This document shows positions 25,460-35,100 of a stretch of 64,000 nt of DNA, one piece after another (position 1 is the first letter of the stretch; every line of letters begins with the position of its first letter). Origin of the DNA: a virus. The stretch lies in IMG/VR virus record IMGVR_UViG_3300045988_179183; one strand, given 5' to 3'. Below the pieces are notes generated by a model that was not told the DNA's origin, did not search any database, and saw only the letters and a list, made by a program, of their open reading frames with translations. Position numbers and translations under genes: made by a program.

Positions 25460-25681
25460 TCAGTTTTTATTTCTCTTGATTTTACGTTGTTTCCTACTTA
25501 TTTTCTTCTTACCCATATAGGGTTTAACCATTTTCCCGGCCTTTATCTCACCACTTTGATTATCCTTATAATTAACGTTGGCATCATTAAACACAGGTTT
25601 CGTGATGTCGAAAGGATTCCTTTGGGCTTCACAGGCTGTCATCAACATGAATACACCCAGCGATCCTAATAAATTAGCCAT
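25460..25681 (-). CDS. Small secreted/lipoprotein-like protein
   Basis: MANLLGSLGVFMLMTACEAQ signal-like N-terminus with Cys. Basic C-terminal tail. Confidence 0.45.
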   Translation of the reverse strand: MANLLGSLGVFMLMTACEAQRNPFDITKPVFNDANVNYKDNQSGEIKAGKMVKPYMGKKKISRKQRKIKRNKN

Positions 25682-25919
25682 GATTATATTTCTTTTTAAG
25701 AACGGCCGATCTCCTTGATTTACCCAACTTGCCGAAATAGAAAGACTCTAGTTTCTGATATTCCAGCCACCTAGCTTTTCTTTCTTGTTCCCTCCTTTCA
25801 CGACGTCTTTCACGACCGCTTCTGAAGTCACGGGGCACCAAACCCTCATCACCTTTATACCTCCTATTATTTTCCATCTTTCGTAAGATTTGTTTTTGAA
25901 TACATTCCAGATATAACAC
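25674..25919 (-). CDS. Small highly basic protein
   Basis: RSGRERRRERREQERKARW. The start may be the internal ATG at 25877. Confidence 0.4.
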   Translation of the reverse strand: MLYLECIQKQILRKMENNRRYKGDEGLVPRDFRSGRERRRERREQERKARWLEYQKLESFYFGKLGKSRRSAVLKKKYNHG

Positions 25920-26061
25920 TCTTTATCTCCCGGTATGATCTCTCCTTCAATCTCTCTTCTAATTCATGCCGACTACCATTTCGACGCAAGTTTAATATGC
26001 GGGCAGCTTCTTCCAATAAAGGCCGCGTGAACAACCACGTTCTGATTAAATAATCTTTCAT
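25867..26061 (-). CDS. SAP-motif-like small protein
   Basis: LLEEAARILNLRRNGSRHELEERLKE resembles a SAP DNA-binding motif. Confidence 0.45.
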   Translation of the reverse strand: MKDYLIRTWLFTRPLLEEAARILNLRRNGSRHELEERLKERSYREIKSVISGMYSKTNLTKDGK

Positions 26062-26185
26062 ACCACCCCCTCGACTTCACTGGTGAACATTTATCAGAAC
26101 TAACACTTAACACATGGATCTCTGTTGGATCTTTAACCAACGGGATCGTGAAATGTGAATAATCAATTTTCGGTAACTGCCTCAT
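25973..26185 (-). CDS. Hypothetical ORF overlapping both neighbours out of frame
   Basis: 70-aa ORF. Its last 89 nt overlap 25867..26061. See the finding on stacked ORFs. Confidence 0.3.
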   Translation of the reverse strand: MRQLPKIDYSHFTIPLVKDPTEIHVLSVSSDKCSPVKSRGWYERLFNQNVVVHAAFIGRSCPHIKLASKW

Positions 26186-26280
26186 AACTTTTAAATTTTG
26201 AAATTATTTCGTTTTTTCTTTCGGCGTTCGTTTTCATATCTTCTTATTTTTAGTTTGTTAACTCATTATTTTCAACACTA

Positions 26281-26312
26281 TAAAGATACACAATGTTTAT
26301 CTATTCTCCAAA
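26281..26312 (-). promoter_or_regulatory. Promoter (-33 TTTG / -7 TATCTTTA)
   Basis: TTTG-N20-TATCTTTA. The conserved leader then reaches ATG 26237 (24-codon ORF). Confidence 0.65.
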
Positions 26313-26340
26313 TATTTTCACGGAAAAGTTCATGTAAAAA

Positions 26341-26369
26341 GATAAAAAAGAGGAGGGAAATTCCTCCTC
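26341..26369 (-). terminator. Rho-independent terminator after the RNR gene
   Basis: gaggagg/cctcctc stem (26350-26356 / 26363-26369), followed on the minus strand by TTTTTTATCTTTTT. Confidence 0.7.
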
Positions 26370-26410
26370 GGTATTAAACTAAAAAAATTAAAATATATGA
26401 AAGCTGAAAA

Positions 26411-28756
26411 TCATTTCAATTCACAGGAACCCCCCGAACACGCTTGCGCGATGGTCGATCCCGCGTCAACCCATTCTTCGTCCCAGTCCGTTATCGAGGA
26501 CCAATCGATATGTTTCATATCCTTCAACTTCTGCCAACGATGAAATAATGAAACATGTTTCAAGCAGAACTCGGTCTTGGTGAGATCCCCTCCCAGGTAT
26601 TTCCCGGCGAATTTCTTGAACCTGCGAACCCAATCAATTTTCTTATCCACGAGGGATCGTAGGTGAGAGGATATCGCGTTAACATCACTAATCATCACTC
26701 CGTTCACTTCGACAAGTAACTTCCCATTCTTTAGATGGGAAAGAATGAAATCGGTTATATCCTGATCCGTGAGAGTTAGGTGATGTAGGTTTCTACCCAT
26801 CGCGACATCACAGGCCAGCCAGAGATCATCGTTAAACACGGCCAGCCCGTCAACGATTAAACCACCGGCGAGTATCGCACCCGCACCGTATCTTTCTGCC
26901 AACTCTTTTTCATCCAAAACACTGGTATAAGGAGCTTGCGGGTATAAAAGGTCACCCCCCTTAGGAAGGAAACTTATACCTGAGAACACATTCCTGTTAT
27001 TCCACACGTACTCCCTCACCTCGTCCCACTCATCATCTTTGACCGTGCAGGTGTTTGACACGTTCATGCGAAGTGATTTCAATTCCGGATGTTCCTTGTA
27101 GAAGGGATGTTCCAGATTCGTTCCCTCCTCGATCCAACATTGTTTCGTTAACTTAACAAGCTGAAGGAAGCTGATCGCGCTAGAGGACTCACTCGTTAAA
27201 ACATTCTCACTCAGTTCCACCGGGAAAGATATGACACTTTCGTCTTCCTTGTTATAGGAGGAAGGTCTCACCATGACGGGATTGATTTTCTCAACCCATT
27301 TCAACGCCTGTTCGGTGTTGGACGCTTGAATATTCCGGATGAATCTTCTGAACGGGAACTTATGAATACCCGAACTAGTACACCCGAGTAACTGACTTGA
27401 ATTACCTGACGGTTTTATAACTGTCGTTCTTGCCGCGTGATTTATGCCAATCAGATCGGCGATAAGAGCGTTCGTCTCTTTCACGATACGGGCACCCGCT
27501 CTCTGTATCTCGGGGTTGAAAAATATCTCGGGATTCTCACACATACCCGTTATACCCACGCCTATCAGAGCATCCCTCTCTGCTATTTTCCTTGAAATAG
27601 GTGAAAGAATCTTGAAATCAGTATACGACGCTTGGATTGTTCCGAGAATGGCAGCCGCCCGGCACGCGTTGAAGAACTCTTCCTTCGTTTTTATCTTGGC
27701 ACCGTTAATCTCGGTTAAATTACAGAATGAGAAACCCGATTCTTTCTCTCCCGTTTCAGGATTTCTAAACTGAGGATAGGTTCCTACCTCACAACACGGA
27801 TTGTACACGATATCTCTATGCGTTAAAAAAATAAGACCCGGTTCCCCGAATTCCTTTATCGATTCAAACAACGCGTCATAAACTTCCTTCGGCGTTGAAG
27901 GCAGAATGACAGCGCTATTATTCGCCCTTGCGAGTTCCGGATACTCACTGAACCAATTGCCCGTCTTACAAGTTAGCATCTCCCGGTCATCCGCGTCAAA
28001 CTGACACAGAAGGGCTGAACGTCGGATACCGCCCGATATAACCGCGTCGGCAATGATGCAAGCCAGTCGATGCAATTCAAACGGGGTTGCTTTTCTCCCC
28101 TTTATCTTACGAAGTACCTTGTCAAGTTTCTCCACGCACCTTTTCAAAGGTTCGGGCCCGGGAGCTTTGAAGCCACCCGTGATGAATGATCCTTTCGGTC
28201 GTATCTTGGAATAATCAAAAGCGATCTCCGCCAATCCCAGATAATGAGCCCTCACAACCTCGTTAACGGCGAACGCCCATCCCTCTATCGAATCCTCCAC
28301 CACGAATTCGATCGGTTCGTGCCGGGTATCTATCCCCTTGACTTTGGGTAACTTTTCTATATGAACTCTCTGAACGGAATACCCGACACCCGCACCGCAA
28401 AGAAGAAGATGCATCAATTCGTGAAAGAATTCGATTCTATCAACGTGGGATGCCGAACAGTTAAAATTTCTCGCGTGATTTTTTAATAGCGAGTCACCCC
28501 CGTATTGAAGCGCACGCTGAGCGCCGAGAATTAGCTGGCCCCTGTAACACCCTTCCGCGAACGCCATTTCTTTCGATAAAACACCCCATGCTGACTCGGG
28601 GATCGCCATATCATTCGCGAGATGTTTCCGGTGCATCCGCATCACGCGGTCGATACTTTCGTCCCACGTTTCCTTCTTCCCGTTCACCGTTCTGGCGTAC
28701 TTGCTGACAAAGATGTAGTCTCCGATCTCTTTTCTACTGTTTACAATATTCTCCAT
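26411..28756 (-). CDS. nrdJ: Ribonucleotide reductase, class II (B12-dependent, NrdJ-like)
   Basis: N-terminal FVSKYARTVNGKKETWDESIDRVMRMH; active-site-like YNPCCEVG and SFCNLTEIN; C-terminal Cys pair ACSGGSCELK. Confidence 0.75.
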   Translation of the reverse strand: MENIVNSRKEIGDYIFVSKYARTVNGKKETWDESIDRVMRMHRKHLANDMAIPESAWGVLSKEMAFAEGCYRGQLILGAQRALQYGGDSLLKNHARNFNCSASHVDRIEFFHELMHLLLCGAGVGYSVQRVHIEKLPKVKGIDTRHEPIEFVVEDSIEGWAFAVNEVVRAHYLGLAEIAFDYSKIRPKGSFITGGFKAPGPEPLKRCVEKLDKVLRKIKGRKATPFELHRLACIIADAVISGGIRRSALLCQFDADDREMLTCKTGNWFSEYPELARANNSAVILPSTPKEVYDALFESIKEFGEPGLIFLTHRDIVYNPCCEVGTYPQFRNPETGEKESGFSFCNLTEINGAKIKTKEEFFNACRAAAILGTIQASYTDFKILSPISRKIAERDALIGVGITGMCENPEIFFNPEIQRAGARIVKETNALIADLIGINHAARTTVIKPSGNSSQLLGCTSSGIHKFPFRRFIRNIQASNTEQALKWVEKINPVMVRPSSYNKEDESVISFPVELSENVLTSESSSAISFLQLVKLTKQCWIEEGTNLEHPFYKEHPELKSLRMNVSNTCTVKDDEWDEVREYVWNNRNVFSGISFLPKGGDLLYPQAPYTSVLDEKELAERYGAGAILAGGLIVDGLAVFNDDLWLACDVAMGRNLHHLTLTDQDITDFILSHLKNGKLLVEVNGVMISDVNAISSHLRSLVDKKIDWVRRFKKFAGKYLGGDLTKTEFCLKHVSLFHRWQKLKDMKHIDWSSITDWDEEWVDAGSTIAQACSGGSCELK

Positions 28757-28773
28757 ATATCAAATGTTAAAAA

Positions 28774-29106
28774 CTATATCTCATTCTCGTCACGAGGTAC
28801 GACACGACAGATCGGTAGGTTACCCGATTGAACTATTAAATTGATATAATCGAGTGATTTAACCCGCCCGCCCTTGCGTGCCAGTTCTCGCAAAACAGAA
28901 TTAAAGATACCATTTTCTAACACGATAACCAAGGGTTTCGGGTGCCTATTTTTATCCAATTCACAGGCCCTTCTCTCGTAAATCATATGATTTTGAAGTT
29001 TCTTTAAATCAGGTAAATAAGGTTCCAAGACAGGTATTTTATTGGCACAAACCAATGTTATCGCGTGTTTAACACCCGTCTCAATGTACAATTTCGGTTT
29101 TTTCAT
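28774..29106 (-). CDS. Hypothetical protein
   Basis: 110-aa ORF overlapping the helicase stop. Confidence 0.5.
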   Translation of the reverse strand: MKKPKLYIETGVKHAITLVCANKIPVLEPYLPDLKKLQNHMIYERRACELDKNRHPKPLVIVLENGIFNSVLRELARKGGRVKSLDYINLIVQSGNLPICRVVPRDENEI

Positions 29107-30565
29107 TTTTCTCTTTATATGGTAAAAAAATTAATGTATTCTTCGCCCGTGTAACCGCTACAAATTGGAGACATCTTTCTCCGTAAAGTGCGAGTTCGGT
29201 TGTGGCGTATTTACTCGGGATCAATTCATGAAAGCCCAAAATAAATACCCTGTCAGCCTCTAACCCCTTGCTCTTATGAATCGTTGACAGGAGAATCTTA
29301 TCCTTCGATTCATCACCGAAAATATCGGTTAAGACTTTTTTGACCTCCTGAAAAGACCCGTATCTTCTATTAAGAAGTAATAATATCTGAACCTTTTCAA
29401 GAAGGACAACATAAGATTCATTCACCGAAAAGTTTTTGATACCCCGTTCAATGAGTTCATCTTTCTTTTCCCGCAACAATTCCAAAAGACCTCTCTCTGA
29501 TTCGACACGATTTAAAAGCAAAAGGATGCTCTCACCGTAATCTTTTCCGAGTATCACTGATTTCTTCCCCTCACCCAGTAATTTGATGAAAGTTTCAACC
29601 AAGGGAAGATTATTCCTGCATATTATATAATCGCCGTTACGAACTTCGTCCAACGACCCCTCTCTCACCTCACCTTCGTTAGCATCCTCCTTCGCTTCTA
29701 TGTCCGGCGAATATTTCCGGGCAACATCGACTATACGTTTGGCACATCTATACGTTAAATTCAAGGGTAATGAGATTGTGTTCGGTCTCATTTCAAACGC
29801 TTTGAATGAATCAACTGAACAACCTTGAAACCCATAAATCGCCTGCATTTCGTCGCCTACAGTGATTAACCGCCCGTTTTCTTTGAGCATTCTCAATATC
29901 AACTCTCTCTGCAAGACATTCAGATCTTGCGCCTCGTCACAGAAAATAACATCGTATTTCGGGTATAATTCCGCGGGAACATACTTGTACGCTAGGTATA
30001 GTTGGTCCGTGAAGTCAATATCTAACTTATTAACCCTTAAATGATTCGTTTCCTCGTCAATCGCTTCAATGAATTTTCTCATATCCTTGTAATAGGAGGG
30101 GTCAAAGTCAACATCCCATCTCGCACAAACACTTTCCAACGTCTCGAAATCATCAATATCTATCAGATTCATTCTCATGAATTGGTAGATCCTCGATATG
30201 TTCATAATCCTAGAATTCTCATATTTTGGATCAATACTCCATGTGGGTGAAAGATATTTTTTGCAAATCGAATAATCCCTCCATTTTGAAAGTTTAAACG
30301 TACACTTTTTGTTTTTCAATAACGTCGAATACGCTTTACTGTGTATCGTTTTAACCTCGGCCCTTCCCAAGCATTTTCTCTCTAATTCTTCAACAATACT
30401 CCTATTGAATGCCAAAAACAAGCAATCCTTGTAGGAGGGCGTGATATTTAGGAGGTGAAGGAGTAATGAAGTCTTACCTGCACCCGCACTTGCATTAACA
30501 AAAATATTTTTATTCGATCGTAAGTACTCATCTGCGATCGCCTGTTTGTATTTATCAAGTTTCAT
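29081..30565 (-). CDS. UvrD/PcrA-like SF1 DNA helicase
   Basis: NASAGAGKTS (Walker A), IFCDEAQDLN (motif II), VGDEMQAIYGFQG, TIHKSKGLEADRVFI, VAVTRAKNTL. Confidence 0.85.
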   Translation of the reverse strand: MKLDKYKQAIADEYLRSNKNIFVNASAGAGKTSLLLHLLNITPSYKDCLFLAFNRSIVEELERKCLGRAEVKTIHSKAYSTLLKNKKCTFKLSKWRDYSICKKYLSPTWSIDPKYENSRIMNISRIYQFMRMNLIDIDDFETLESVCARWDVDFDPSYYKDMRKFIEAIDEETNHLRVNKLDIDFTDQLYLAYKYVPAELYPKYDVIFCDEAQDLNVLQRELILRMLKENGRLITVGDEMQAIYGFQGCSVDSFKAFEMRPNTISLPLNLTYRCAKRIVDVARKYSPDIEAKEDANEGEVREGSLDEVRNGDYIICRNNLPLVETFIKLLGEGKKSVILGKDYGESILLLLNRVESERGLLELLREKKDELIERGIKNFSVNESYVVLLEKVQILLLLNRRYGSFQEVKKVLTDIFGDESKDKILLSTIHKSKGLEADRVFILGFHELIPSKYATTELALYGERCLQFVAVTRAKNTLIFLPYKEKNEKTEIVH

Positions 30566-30569
30566 GATA

Positions 30570-30773
30570 TTATTTAATGTATACTTTTTTAATACAGTAT
30601 TCAGGTTCCCAGTTTGCCTCGTCTAGCAACTTGGATATCTCTTCCTCCGCGGCCTCGTAGGTTTCATAATCACACCCAACTTTACGTGTTGCAATGCAAT
30701 TAGTGTATCTATCTACTTCGATACTCTGATCGAAAGCTCTTATTATTTCATAAATTTGAAAAACTGTTTTCAT
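30570..30773 (-). CDS. Hypothetical protein
   Basis: 67-aa ORF behind promoter 30812 and the conserved leader. Confidence 0.5.
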   Translation of the reverse strand: MKTVFQIYEIIRAFDQSIEVDRYTNCIATRKVGCDYETYEAAEEEISKLLDEANWEPEYCIKKVYIK

Positions 30774-30800
30774 ATCTTCTTACCTTTAGTTCTTTTATTA

Positions 30801-30860
30801 TTTCAACACCATAAAGATACACAAAGTGTATCGAATTATCAACAAAAACAGAGATTATTT
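30801..30860 (-). repeat. Promoter cassette variant, copy A (near-identical to 51899-51958)
   Basis: caacaccataaagatacacaaagtgtatcgaattatcaacaaaaacagagattatt is shared. It contains the perfect inverted repeat GATACACAAAGTGTATC (30816-30832). Confidence 0.9.
30812..30846 (-). promoter_or_regulatory. Promoter (-7 TATCTTTA) with a perfect 7-3-7 inverted repeat
   Basis: 38 nt upstream of ATG 30773. A TTTG/TTGA -33 candidate lies 20-23 nt upstream of the -7 box. Confidence 0.6.
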
Positions 30861-32540
30861 CCCCGAATCACTCAATCTTTTCATCACCATGAAATTAATA
30901 TCCATCTCACTGACATCAACGTCCACCCCCTTATTTATAGCATCCGTGACTTTTTTCTTACCTTCAACCAGTTCCGCCATGTACGTGTCGATGGTATCCG
31001 GGCAGAGAAGGTAAAACACATTTATGTTATTTTTCTGACCCATTCTCTCCAATCGGGAATTTGTCTGATCCAATGTTGTGAACTTATCCGGCAATTCTAT
31101 ATACACGAGGTTACTGCAGCAATCCTGCAATCCATCGACACCTGTTCCCACCGCGTCTATATTCGCGAATAAAAACTGTTCGCCGCTCGTTCTATAAGTT
31201 TGAACAGTGTTAAATTTATCTTTCGCGGTCATACCACCCTGAATAATCGGACTTCGATACTTCTCGGCAAGTTTTTTCAAAGGCTCTCTTCTAACACCGA
31301 ATATTAATAGCTTTTCTTCTGAAATCTCCCTCCATTCATTAAGAAACACTTCTATATCCTTCATCTTTCCCTTCAAAGACAATTCTTTCAACGTGCTTAA
31401 CTTTACAAGATGGGGCGCGTTCTCTGCCTTCTCGGCACGTTCAATATCAATCTTACTCAGATAATCGATCAGGCTATTCTCCGCCCTTTTATACTCTTTC
31501 ATATTACTGATATGAACGGGAACGACGTTCTCAATCAACGGAGGTAACTCTGTGAGAACGTCCCTCTTCTCCTTTCTAAAATAGCATGAATTCGATATGA
31601 TTTTATTTAATTCCAACGTATTGCTCGCGCAAGAAATATCCCAGCCGTAGGATTGGCCCCTCACACACCTTTTCTTTCCATTACAATACCTGTAAACAAA
31701 TGAAGTCCAATCGTTAAACAGTTCTTTGAACCACCCCGTTAATTCGAGTATATTAATCAATTCTGCGGGTCTGTTCATAACCAACGTACCCGTTAGGGGG
31801 TAAATGAACTGCGATTTCTTCGCCACTTTCCTAACCCATTCACTTCGGAGGCTCTTTTTGTTTTTACACATATGCGCTTCATCCAAGAACATTGATTCCC
31901 ACTCCATTTCCAATAATTCGGGGAATCTAATTTGAATACCATTTTCCTTATCCTTCTTATACAATATGTCATAATTTAGAACGTAAACATCTTGGTGAGG
32001 TTTCCATTTGTCCTTGCTTTCAAGTACTTGAACTTTTCTCTTTCTCATATCAACCCATTTCTGCCACTCAGCCTTCCACCCATACTTTACCGACGCGGGA
32101 GTTACGACGAGACATGGAAATAATTGAAGTGCTTCAACTAAAACGATTGACACACCCGTTTTTCCCAATCCCGGTGAACACCCGTTTATAGCGTTAGGGT
32201 GATTTGCAAGGTAATGAATACATTCAATCTGATAATCACGTAAATTTCTTTTCAGATGGAGATCATTTATCAATTCCTTTATATTTTCCAACGAAATAAT
32301 CTCCTCGTATTCTGGGAGAGTGAGATTATCCAATGAAGGTTGAGGTCTCTTGTTTACAAAATCATTCTGTTCAAGGAATCGTTCTATCAGTTTACCCTTA
32401 TCCAACGAGATCTCACGGTACCATTCCTTCGTTTGGGGATTATAGAAGAAACCACCGATTTGCTTGAGCATGGATACAAGTGATGGGTCATATTTGAAAC
32501 CCACATAGATGTATGTCTTCTCCAAATAAAAATACCGCAT
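30855..32540 (-). CDS. SNF2-family helicase/translocase
   Basis: LRDYQIECIHYL, SPGLGKTG (motif I), LDEAHMCKN (DEAH), LTGTLVMNRPAELINIL; C-terminal helicase lobe. Confidence 0.85.
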   Translation of the reverse strand: MRYFYLEKTYIYVGFKYDPSLVSMLKQIGGFFYNPQTKEWYREISLDKGKLIERFLEQNDFVNKRPQPSLDNLTLPEYEEIISLENIKELINDLHLKRNLRDYQIECIHYLANHPNAINGCSPGLGKTGVSIVLVEALQLFPCLVVTPASVKYGWKAEWQKWVDMRKRKVQVLESKDKWKPHQDVYVLNYDILYKKDKENGIQIRFPELLEMEWESMFLDEAHMCKNKKSLRSEWVRKVAKKSQFIYPLTGTLVMNRPAELINILELTGWFKELFNDWTSFVYRYCNGKKRCVRGQSYGWDISCASNTLELNKIISNSCYFRKEKRDVLTELPPLIENVVPVHISNMKEYKRAENSLIDYLSKIDIERAEKAENAPHLVKLSTLKELSLKGKMKDIEVFLNEWREISEEKLLIFGVRREPLKKLAEKYRSPIIQGGMTAKDKFNTVQTYRTSGEQFLFANIDAVGTGVDGLQDCCSNLVYIELPDKFTTLDQTNSRLERMGQKNNINVFYLLCPDTIDTYMAELVEGKKKVTDAINKGVDVDVSEMDINFMVMKRLSDSGK

Positions 32541-32542
32541 AA

Positions 32543-34498
32543 CTACCCGTTAATTTTCGACAAAATACCCTCCCTGTCATCGATCGATAAAATATCAACA
32601 CCGAGTTCCTTCGCTTTATTAATCTTTGAGGAATTCCCGTTCACATCCTTGACGATCAGAATATCCGTGTTTTTACTAACCCCCGATACTATTTTATGAC
32701 CCCTCCCCTCTAATTCACTTTCAAGCGATTTATCCCTCACACCAGAAAAACATATTGAGTAAGATTTACCCTGGCACTCAGTTCTCTTTTTTCGAATATA
32801 CGTTTTAAATTTATCCAAGGGTATCATGTCCTTGTCTAATTCAATCATGCTTGATAGAAATTTTGATGCCACAATGGCACCGATCCCTTTGATTTCCCGT
32901 AGACGGTTTTCAAGGTCGAACCGGCGATGTTCCGGGGAAGGCATCTTCCTCCATATCTCATCAAACTCAACATCATCAATGTTATCGAAAATTAACTGGC
33001 ATGTTTTCTCACCGAACGCACCACCGAAAACGTTACACGCGGTTAAAAGTCTCGCGAGGGGTATCTCGGTGAACAACCCGATCTTCTCTATCTGTAAAAA
33101 GATCTTATCATAATTCGCCACGCCAAGTCCCTCTATCTTGGTCCAAGCCTCTTTTGACATTGATAATATGTCCTTGATCGTTTTATAACCGTTTTCGTAT
33201 AATTTCTTAACCGTTGGTTCACCTATCTCCTCGATACCCATCGTGACAAAGAAAAACAGGTTTCTCGCGATGATCTTTTCCTTGCAATCTCGGTTGACAC
33301 AAACAAGTTCGACAAGGTTCTTATCCCAGCGTAACGGTCTCCCACAACTCGGACATATAATCATATCATCACGCATCTTTTCATAATCCGGTGCATCGTA
33401 CATTATCGTTTTATCATGCTTCGGTATGACATCGCCGGATCTCCTAACCTTGATGTTCGCTCCCTCGCAAATACAATTATCCACGATATATGCCGCGTTA
33501 TGTCCTGTAACATTTGTCACAGTCGCACCGGCCAGCTCAACGGGTTCTATGTTAATCACCGGTTTTGAGAGACCGTCCTTGCTGATCTTCCACGTGATAC
33601 CTGTTACCTTCGTTAGCTTACTATCATTCCATTCAGGAAATTTCACTGCCACGGCATATCGTGGGTTTCCATTTGGCAATCTTCCCAACTCCTTTCTAAG
33701 ATCGACGGAACTAATCTCCATGACGATACCGTCAATGTTATAAACATCGCCCCACTCGTCGTATAGCTGCTGGAAGATATCGGGATTATCCAATATTTCA
33801 TGAACAGTGGTAACCTCGTACTTGATATCACTAACCTGTTTCAGTTCGGCCATCTGGATCGATTTATCGAGATCAAGATCACAACCGTAAATAACGTAGT
33901 CAATTTTTGTCATAATATCAGCTCGCCATTTATCACCGTTAAACTGACCGGCAACCATGTTTCGAGCCGTTTTGTACTCGCCACTTTCAAGATACGGTTT
34001 GAATTCATCCTTTCTCATGATAGCCTCTCCCCAACAGTAATGCGCGCCAATCTCTCTCAAATGGATCATACCACGGCGCCTGTACCATAAAAGTTTGAAC
34101 CTTTCCGAACTCTCCTGACCTTCATCACCATCACCTCTTGTCCAAGCCTTCCCGTAAAGATCCGTCTCCGTGAGGAGGGAAATGCCGTCATATTTAGGTG
34201 TCAAAACCAATTTTGTTTCCCCGGGGAACGTTTTTAACCACTTTAACCACGAGATAACCTCATCCATCGTTTTAACTTTTTCCAAGCTAAACATCGGTAG
34301 AGGGAGTTTACTCACTCGATCCTTACCTTTTACCGACTCGATAACGCTTCTCGTCAACAGCATATGGTCGGGTTCTATCTCCCGTAAGTCGTCGATCAAT
34401 GAATCGTACTCCGCGTCCGTCATAATGGGAGACCCCTTTCTGTATAAATTATTCGCGTTCAGTATTTTTTCAACTAAAATCTCAACATCAGTTCTCAT
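32543..34498 (-). CDS. ligA: NAD-dependent DNA ligase
   Basis: N-terminal YRKGSPIMTDAEYDSL, adenylation TPKYDGIS (KxDG), Zn finger CPSCGRPL...CVNRDC, HhH region, C-terminal BRCT-like ICFSGVRD. Confidence 0.9.
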   Translation of the reverse strand: MRTDVEILVEKILNANNLYRKGSPIMTDAEYDSLIDDLREIEPDHMLLTRSVIESVKGKDRVSKLPLPMFSLEKVKTMDEVISWLKWLKTFPGETKLVLTPKYDGISLLTETDLYGKAWTRGDGDEGQESSERFKLLWYRRRGMIHLREIGAHYCWGEAIMRKDEFKPYLESGEYKTARNMVAGQFNGDKWRADIMTKIDYVIYGCDLDLDKSIQMAELKQVSDIKYEVTTVHEILDNPDIFQQLYDEWGDVYNIDGIVMEISSVDLRKELGRLPNGNPRYAVAVKFPEWNDSKLTKVTGITWKISKDGLSKPVINIEPVELAGATVTNVTGHNAAYIVDNCICEGANIKVRRSGDVIPKHDKTIMYDAPDYEKMRDDMIICPSCGRPLRWDKNLVELVCVNRDCKEKIIARNLFFFVTMGIEEIGEPTVKKLYENGYKTIKDILSMSKEAWTKIEGLGVANYDKIFLQIEKIGLFTEIPLARLLTACNVFGGAFGEKTCQLIFDNIDDVEFDEIWRKMPSPEHRRFDLENRLREIKGIGAIVASKFLSSMIELDKDMIPLDKFKTYIRKKRTECQGKSYSICFSGVRDKSLESELEGRGHKIVSGVSKNTDILIVKDVNGNSSKINKAKELGVDILSIDDREGILSKING

Positions 34499-35060
34499 AA
34501 TCAGTTTTTCTATATTGTTTCAACACTTCTTGGAATTCATTCGTTTTATCATACCCGCACCCCTCCATCTCCGGGCAAAAACCTCTGTATACACAGGACG
34601 GTACGCACTTATCCGCCATCACAGGATCTATCTCCCTCACCGCGTCTATAACTTGACGCCACGCCCTTCTCGTTTCTTTCGATGCCTTCATGCAGAGACG
34701 AACCTTCGATATATTTATTAACGCTTGTGCGTTAGCAGTCATATCCATGTCATTCAGTGAACCTTGTTCGAGTTTATCCCGGGGTACAATCAAATTCCTC
34801 CGATCCTCTCTCTGGGAATGAATAAATTTCTCACATCCCTCATGATGTCTCACTAGATGAACAGTGATCCATTGTTTTATATCCTGCCACGTCCATTCGA
34901 ATTCAACCAACCGAATCGGGCTATGCTCTGCCAGTAGCATTTTCGCTTCCCATGATTTTGAAGGCTCCCTGTCTAAAGGTCGTTTGCCAACCGTTCTTCT
35001 CGCTGCATTAAGAGCCCTCCCCCATGAGGTAACCCTTTCCATTCTAATTATTTTACTCAC
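34488..35060 (-). CDS. ThyX-like (flavin-dependent thymidylate synthase family?) divergent protein
   Basis: HLVRHHEGCEKFIHSQRED loosely resembles the ThyX RHRxxSxxxxSxR motif, with one extra residue and the second R replaced by H. GTG start at 35060; alternative ATG at 35042. Confidence 0.35.
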   Translation of the reverse strand: MSKIIRMERVTSWGRALNAARRTVGKRPLDREPSKSWEAKMLLAEHSPIRLVEFEWTWQDIKQWITVHLVRHHEGCEKFIHSQREDRRNLIVPRDKLEQGSLNDMDMTANAQALINISKVRLCMKASKETRRAWRQVIDAVREIDPVMADKCVPSCVYRGFCPEMEGCGYDKTNEFQEVLKQYRKTDYEN

Positions 35061-35100
35061 AATCGTATTTATTGAATCTTGTTCTTATCTTTCAACACCA

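Larger units (their letters stand above)
26262..26370 (-). repeat. Terminator-promoter cassette, copy A (~105 bp, near-identical to 35085-35190)
   Basis: ttttcaacac.ataaagatacacaat.tttatctattctccaaat.ttttcacggaaaagttcatgtaaaaagataaaaa.gaggagg..aaattcctcctcg is shared by both copies. Confidence 0.9.

Noticed and set aside
34170-34721. 183-aa plus-strand ORF, and similar plus-strand ORFs (e.g. 2050..2391, 19331..19735, 30756..31172, 40155..40559, 54114..54473)
   Set aside because: All lie antisense to minus-strand genes with strong motif support (ligase, RecA/Mre11, SNF2, FolE etc.). They are low-complexity (S/F/L/I-rich) and some run through promoter cassettes. They are shadow ORFs.
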